Assembly (NCBI RefSeq): GCF_032594435.1
Contig: NZ_CP131062.1
Location: 742,403 to 774,402 of the forward strand
Origin: Methanimicrococcus stummii
GTDB taxonomy: Archaea > Halobacteriota > Methanosarcinia > Methanosarcinales > Methanosarcinaceae
Length of the DNA stretch: 32,000 bases
Direction: 5' to 3'
Part shown: positions 27,471-32,000 of the stretch, piece by piece
Layout: every line of letters begins with the position of its first letter
Position numbering within the stretch: position 1 is the first letter of the stretch
The notes under the pieces: model-generated
The model's database searches: none
What the model saw: the letters and a program-made list of their open reading frames with translations, nothing else
Told to the model about the DNA's origin: nothing
Made by a program: the position numbers and the translations under genes

Positions 27471-29960
27471 ATGTTATGGATCCTTTTTGCCGGAAAGGGA
27501 AAAACTTTCACGGTCATGGTCATCGAAGACAAAAAACGAGAGCCTTCGTGGGTTGGAGAGCTTGAGCTGAAACAAAACACAGCCGGCTTTCGCCCGCATA
27601 AAATCCGTGTTTTGAAGAAAAACGGAAAAACGCTCGCCGATGAAGAATATGTCCCGACAAAGGATTTTATCGAAATTTTGAAAAAAGCAAATCGTGTCAT
27701 GGTTTCAAAAGAAACGTCACCGAAAAACCGGCAGGAGCTTGAGAACATGCTCGGCGCGTATCAGCTCAAATTCGATACGGTTGACATCTGCCGCCATTGT
27801 CTGCTTCAAAAGCGTTTTAATTTTTTGAACAAATCGTCCGTCAAATACGGCAAGGAACTTATTTGCCCCGACTGCGCGAAAGACGAACTGAAAAAGGCAC
27901 TCCGCAATTCCAAACAGCATATGGGCGATTCCACGATGGACTTTTTTGACCGCATTTTGGATCGGACCAAGGATTTTGACAAAACGCTTTCCATGCTCAA
28001 CGCCGACCGGTTGGACGAATCGACGACAAAATACGATACGGTCGTTTCATCGAAAGACGAAAAGCGAATGCCGATTAAGGCGCTTCCGATTCATAAACGG
28101 CTGAAAGATCTTCTTCTCAAAAAATCAAAAGACCTCATGCCGGTTCAGTCGCTGGCCGTCGAATCAGGTCTTTTGAAACACAAAAATTTAATGATTGTCT
28201 CTGCCACCGCGACCGGAAAAACATTAATCGGCGAAATCGCGGGCGTTGAGAACGTGCTTTCCAAAAAAGGAAAAATGCTTTACCTCGTGCCGCTCGTTGC
28301 GCTGGCCAATCAGAAATACGATCAATTCACAACGCGCTACAATGAAATCGGCCTCAAAACATCCATTCGAATCGGCGCCGAGATGATTAAAACGAAAGAG
28401 ACGACGTTTATGAAAAAAACACTGGACTCGGACATTATTGTCGGCACTTACGAAGGAATCGACCATCTGCTGCGCCTCGGAAATGCGGACGCGCTCGGGC
28501 AGGTCGGAACGGTTGTGATTGACGAAGTGCATATGCTCACCGATGCCGAACGCGGGCACAGGCTGGACGGTCTGATTGCACGGCTGCGTTACACGGTCCC
28601 GGATGCGCAATTCATTTATTTGTCGGCAACAGTCGGCAATCCGAATTATTTCGCCGAGAAACTCGGAGCGAATCTTGTCATTTATGAGCATCGGCCGGTC
28701 CCGATTGACCGGCATTTGCTTTTCGTCCAGGATCATGAAAAGAACAGGCTGATGACGCAGCTGATTCAAGACGAATGGAATATGAAATCTTCGAAAGGTC
28801 ATCGCGGGCAAACAATTATTTTTACCAATTCACGCGCGAACTGCCAAAGCATTTCAAACGCGCTTCCGATGCCGTCGGCTTATTATCACGCGGGTTTGAA
28901 TCAGCGCGAACGCAAAATTGTGGAAACAAAATTCGGCAAAGGCGAAATTCCGGCAGTTGTCACAACGGCGGCGCTTGCGGCAGGCGTTGATTTCCCGGCA
29001 TCGCAGGTCATTTTTGAATCGCTGGCGATGGGCATTGACTGGCTGACGGTTCAGGATTTTTTGCAGATGAGCGGCCGCGCCGGGCGCCCGGATTTCCATG
29101 ACCGCGGCGTTGTTGTTTTAATGCCGGTTCCCGGAAAAAGTTATTCGTCGGGAACGAAAGAAACGGAAGAAGACGTCGCGGTCGGCCTGTTGAAGGGGAC
29201 TCTTTCGGAAGATGATTTCGATTACGGCGAAGAAAGTCAGTTAGAAGAGCTGCTGGCATCGGTTTCGGTGACGTCTTTGAAATCGGATTTATTGAAGATT
29301 TTATCAACGATGTTTGGATCGATTAATGAAAACACGATGCTGCTCAAGCTTCAAAAATACAAATTTATTGAACTTCGCGGACAAGCGGTCACCCAGACGG
29401 AACTCGGACAAATCGCGTCGGCGCATTTCCTTTCGGTTTCGAAAACGTATATGATCGTGGATTCGATTAAAGCGAATATTTCGGCGCTTCGCATCATCAC
29501 GAATTTGGAATTTTTCACGGGCGCGACGTTCAAATATACCGAGCAGATTTCAAAAGATCTGCGAATGAATCTGCCGTCGCGCGTTTTCCAAGGCGCGTTC
29601 TTGGATATCATTTTTGACGGCGCGGTTTTAAAAGAAGTCAGCCCCAAATACCAGAAAATGCTGCTCAATTTTGCCGGCGACATGTTTGTCTGCTCCTGCA
29701 AAGAATCGCCGTATTGCGGCTGCGCCGAGCGAAAGTTCTCCGAAAAGATTTTGCTGCTTCGTATGAAAGGATTGGAGCCGATTGCAATTATCCGCGAGCT
29801 GGAAAGCGAATACGGCATCACGGCTTATGTCGGCGATGTTTTTTCATATTTGGAAGACGCGGTTCGTAATTTGGAAGCGGTTGAATTGATTGCGAAGACG
29901 ATGAAAAAAGACGGGTTGGCTAAGGAAGCGAAAGAGCTTCGAGCAAAAATTCGCGGCTGA
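27471..29960 (+). CDS. Superfamily-2 DEAD/DEAH-box helicase (Ski2/Hel308-like) with an N-terminal Zn-ribbon extension
   Basis: Motif I is SATATGKT, motif II is VIDEVHML, motif III is LSATVGN and motif VI is QMSGRAGRPDFHD. The N-terminus has CRHC...CPDC. The start is uncertain: TTG at 27459, ATG at 27471 or ATG at 27516. A TATA-like AAATATTTAAA lies about 30 nt upstream of 27471. Confidence 0.85.
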   Translation: MLWILFAGKGKTFTVMVIEDKKREPSWVGELELKQNTAGFRPHKIRVLKKNGKTLADEEYVPTKDFIEILKKANRVMVSKETSPKNRQELENMLGAYQLKFDTVDICRHCLLQKRFNFLNKSSVKYGKELICPDCAKDELKKALRNSKQHMGDSTMDFFDRILDRTKDFDKTLSMLNADRLDESTTKYDTVVSSKDEKRMPIKALPIHKRLKDLLLKKSKDLMPVQSLAVESGLLKHKNLMIVSATATGKTLIGEIAGVENVLSKKGKMLYLVPLVALANQKYDQFTTRYNEIGLKTSIRIGAEMIKTKETTFMKKTLDSDIIVGTYEGIDHLLRLGNADALGQVGTVVIDEVHMLTDAERGHRLDGLIARLRYTVPDAQFIYLSATVGNPNYFAEKLGANLVIYEHRPVPIDRHLLFVQDHEKNRLMTQLIQDEWNMKSSKGHRGQTIIFTNSRANCQSISNALPMPSAYYHAGLNQRERKIVETKFGKGEIPAVVTTAALAAGVDFPASQVIFESLAMGIDWLTVQDFLQMSGRAGRPDFHDRGVVVLMPVPGKSYSSGTKETEEDVAVGLLKGTLSEDDFDYGEESQLEELLASVSVTSLKSDLLKILSTMFGSINENTMLLKLQKYKFIELRGQAVTQTELGQIASAHFLSVSKTYMIVDSIKANISALRIITNLEFFTGATFKYTEQISKDLRMNLPSRVFQGAFLDIIFDGAVLKEVSPKYQKMLLNFAGDMFVCSCKESPYCGCAERKFSEKILLLRMKGLEPIAIIRELESEYGITAYVGDVFSYLEDAVRNLEAVELIAKTMKKDGLAKEAKELRAKIRG

Positions 29961-30035
29961 TTGCGAAAGCGCGCCGGTTTATGATTTGTAATCATATTGA
30001 AATTTGAAAAGATTTCAGATTCTGTTTCAATAAGA

Positions 30036-30938
30036 TCACAAATCCTCCTTCTCATTAACAATTTCCAAAATCAACAAGAAGAAAAATCCCAAAAAAGGAA
30101 CGAGCTGATATGTCAGCATTTTCATCTGTTCGGTTTGCGACCCTGAAAGCGGCGCGAGCGTGTAAAACAAAATCATGAAGAAAATCGGCATCGCCAGAAA
30201 AATGGTGATGTAAATTTCGGAAAGCATTTCAAGCGTTTGAAAATATTTTTCTTTTCGAGCGGCGGCAAGGCTTCGATATTCGTGTTTTTTGGCGATTATA
30301 AATTTTTGAAAACTGCCGCCGGAAATAATCGTATTTTTAGAACTGTTGATAAAATCGGAAAACATCGGCGATGCCGTTTCCTTGGAGAGTGTTAAAAGCG
30401 CAGACGGATAATCGAATCCGAAATACTTTGTTTGAATTTCAATCGTTTTCATTTCATCGGAAAGTTCCTGATAAACGGAACGGATGCGCTTTTGAGACAT
30501 GGAATGAAAAATATTTTCAACAGAAACGCCTGCAATTGCCATTGCTGCCATGTAATTAACGGCAAACGGCAATTGCTGCTCAATTTTTATTTTCCGGTCG
30601 TATGCTTTTAAAGACGGCAGGAAAGAGAATGTCAAAAACGTCAAAAAGAAAACAACAAAAAGGAAAAGAAAAACGAGAATGGCCGCTGTTTGAGCGGCGA
30701 GCTCTTCGATGAATTCCGTTGACATCATTAAATAAACACAAATCTCCGCCAAAATTCCGATCATAACAACTAAAAACAAAAGGAAGAAAAGCATTGATTT
30801 GTAAAGAAGCGACGAAATATACATTCTGCTTTTTTTCAAATTTAATTCTAATGACGGCGTTTTTATTTTTTCGGCAACGCTTCCGAAAAGACGATAAGAC
30901 ACAATGGCAAATAAATTAAAAACGGGGTTCGCGATCAT
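30036..30938 (-). CDS. Type II secretion system F-domain membrane protein (FlaJ/TadC-like)
   Basis: The 300-aa polytopic membrane protein sits immediately downstream of the FlaI/GspE-family ATPase. Confidence 0.65.
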   Translation of the reverse strand: MIANPVFNLFAIVSYRLFGSVAEKIKTPSLELNLKKSRMYISSLLYKSMLFFLLFLVVMIGILAEICVYLMMSTEFIEELAAQTAAILVFLFLFVVFFLTFLTFSFLPSLKAYDRKIKIEQQLPFAVNYMAAMAIAGVSVENIFHSMSQKRIRSVYQELSDEMKTIEIQTKYFGFDYPSALLTLSKETASPMFSDFINSSKNTIISGGSFQKFIIAKKHEYRSLAAARKEKYFQTLEMLSEIYITIFLAMPIFFMILFYTLAPLSGSQTEQMKMLTYQLVPFLGFFFLLILEIVNEKEDL

Positions 30939-30940
30939 AT

Positions 30941-32000
30941 TTACTCGTCCCCGCGGATTTCAAAACGGGAGACGTTTTCATGAGATTTTAAAATGCCGAC
31001 TCTTTCATTAAATTCATTTTCCAATTTCTCAAACGTCCAGCCCCTGCGAATTCTTGTTTTATCCAAAACCGCCGATTTTTTCAAATTCACCGCATCTGAC
31101 TGATTTCGGTTAAAAATTTCCTGCGTTAAAATTTCGGAAGTCTGAGGGTCGGTTTCTAAAATTTCATAAATGGAAAGGCATTTTTTTGAAAAACGACCCT
31201 CGTCTTCCGTTTGCGCCAAAACGACCAAAACGTCAAGCGTTTGAATCATAACGCGCGGAACGTTCATCGGCGGATTTTCAAGGCGGTGAATTAAAGTGTC
31301 AACCGATTCGGCGTGCATCGTTGAAACGGTTGTATGACCGGTGGACATCGCCTGAAAAAGAACATAAGCTTCCGACCCTCGGATTTCGCCGACTAAAATG
31401 TATTCCGGCCGCTGCCGAAGAGACGCTTTCAGCAAATCATATAAGGTCACGTCACCGACGGCTTTTTCGTCATTTGAAGATTTTTGTTTTTCTCTTGAAA
31501 CGCCTGAAATCCAATTCAAATGCGGCAAATTGATTTCGCGTGTATCTTCAATGGAAACGATTTTTTTATCAGCCGGAATAAACCGGCAAACCGCATTCAA
31601 AGACGTGGTTTTTCCGCTGGCGGTTCCGCCGGCAAACATGAGATTCATGTTTGATTCCGCGCACAGCCAAAGATACGCCATCATCTCCGCCGTAAACGTT
31701 TCGTTCAAAACCAATTCTTCGGGTAAAAACGGTTTTTCGTTAAATCTGCGAATCGTAAACGTGCTGCCCTTGGTTGTGATTTCGCTCCCGAGCGTCAGCA
31801 TTGCGCGCGATCCGTCCGGAAGCGTCGCATCCGTCATCGGCTCGGCAACCGAAATTTGCTTTCCCGAGCACTGCGCCATTTTCCGAACCAAACCGTCGGC
31901 TTCCGACTCCGATAAAATAAGATTTGTCGGCACAGAACCGTAATCTTTGTGAAAAATATAAATCGGAAGATTTCCGCCGCTGCATGAAATGTCTTCGATG
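30941..32000 (-). CDS. FlaI/GspE/VirB11-family secretion ATPase for archaellum or type IV pilus assembly (5' end beyond window)
   Basis: It has the Walker A motif FAGGTASGKTT, then ILVGEIRGSEA and STMHAES. The reading frame stays open upstream of the GTG at 31933 all the way to nt 32000 (...IEDISCSGGNLPIYIFHKDYGS...). Confidence 0.88.
   Translation of the reverse strand, partial: IEDISCSGGNLPIYIFHKDYGSVPTNLILSESEADGLVRKMAQCSGKQISVAEPMTDATLPDGSRAMLTLGSEITTKGSTFTIRRFNEKPFLPEELVLNETFTAEMMAYLWLCAESNMNLMFAGGTASGKTTSLNAVCRFIPADKKIVSIEDTREINLPHLNWISGVSREKQKSSNDEKAVGDVTLYDLLKASLRQRPEYILVGEIRGSEAYVLFQAMSTGHTTVSTMHAESVDTLIHRLENPPMNVPRVMIQTLDVLVVLAQTEDEGRFSKKCLSIYEILETDPQTSEILTQEIFNRNQSDAVNLKKSAVLDKTRIRRGWTFEKLENEFNERVGILKSHENVSRFEIRGDE

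Overview
This looks like an archaeal (euryarchaeal, methanogen-like) chromosome segment; a gut Methanomassiliicoccales-type organism is only a guess. The core genes run about 50-55% GC in hand spot counts. They are the topoisomerase VI B/A operon, a stand-alone Lrp/AsnC RAM-domain protein, a hemD / cobA / archaeal-type thymidylate synthase cluster, and a type IA topoisomerase. Also present are a CheY-like receiver, tRNA-Ala(GGC), tRNA-Ile(GAU), a small wHTH regulator, an ACT + UPF0210 pair, archaeal-type CobT (UPF0284), a Ski2/Hel308-like helicase and a FlaJ/FlaI-like assembly pair.

Between about 13.7 and 25.8 kb lies a ~12-kb low-GC island (about 23-30% GC in spot counts). It carries a bacterial-type pnuC-nadR operon and a complete type II-A CRISPR-Cas9 locus on the minus strand, ordered cas9-cas1-cas2-csn2 followed by the array. 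The array has 60 repeats (58 intact 36-nt repeats plus 2 degenerate terminal ones) and 59 spacers. A divergently encoded tracrRNA can be read directly from the sequence, with anti-repeat, nexus and two hairpins.

The main item of interest is an apparently intact Cas9 system with a long array in an archaeal chromosomal context. Secondary observations:
- a second anti-repeat-like segment downstream of the tracrRNA
- a leader compressed into the csn2 3' end, with an ATTTGAG leader-repeat junction
- a shift in spacer GC content along the array
- a ~330-385-bp composite intergenic element, containing 27-nt and ~30-nt tandem arrays, present twice in inverted orientation and bracketing ~20 kb

All calls come from reading the sequence and ORF translations by eye. 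No database search was possible.
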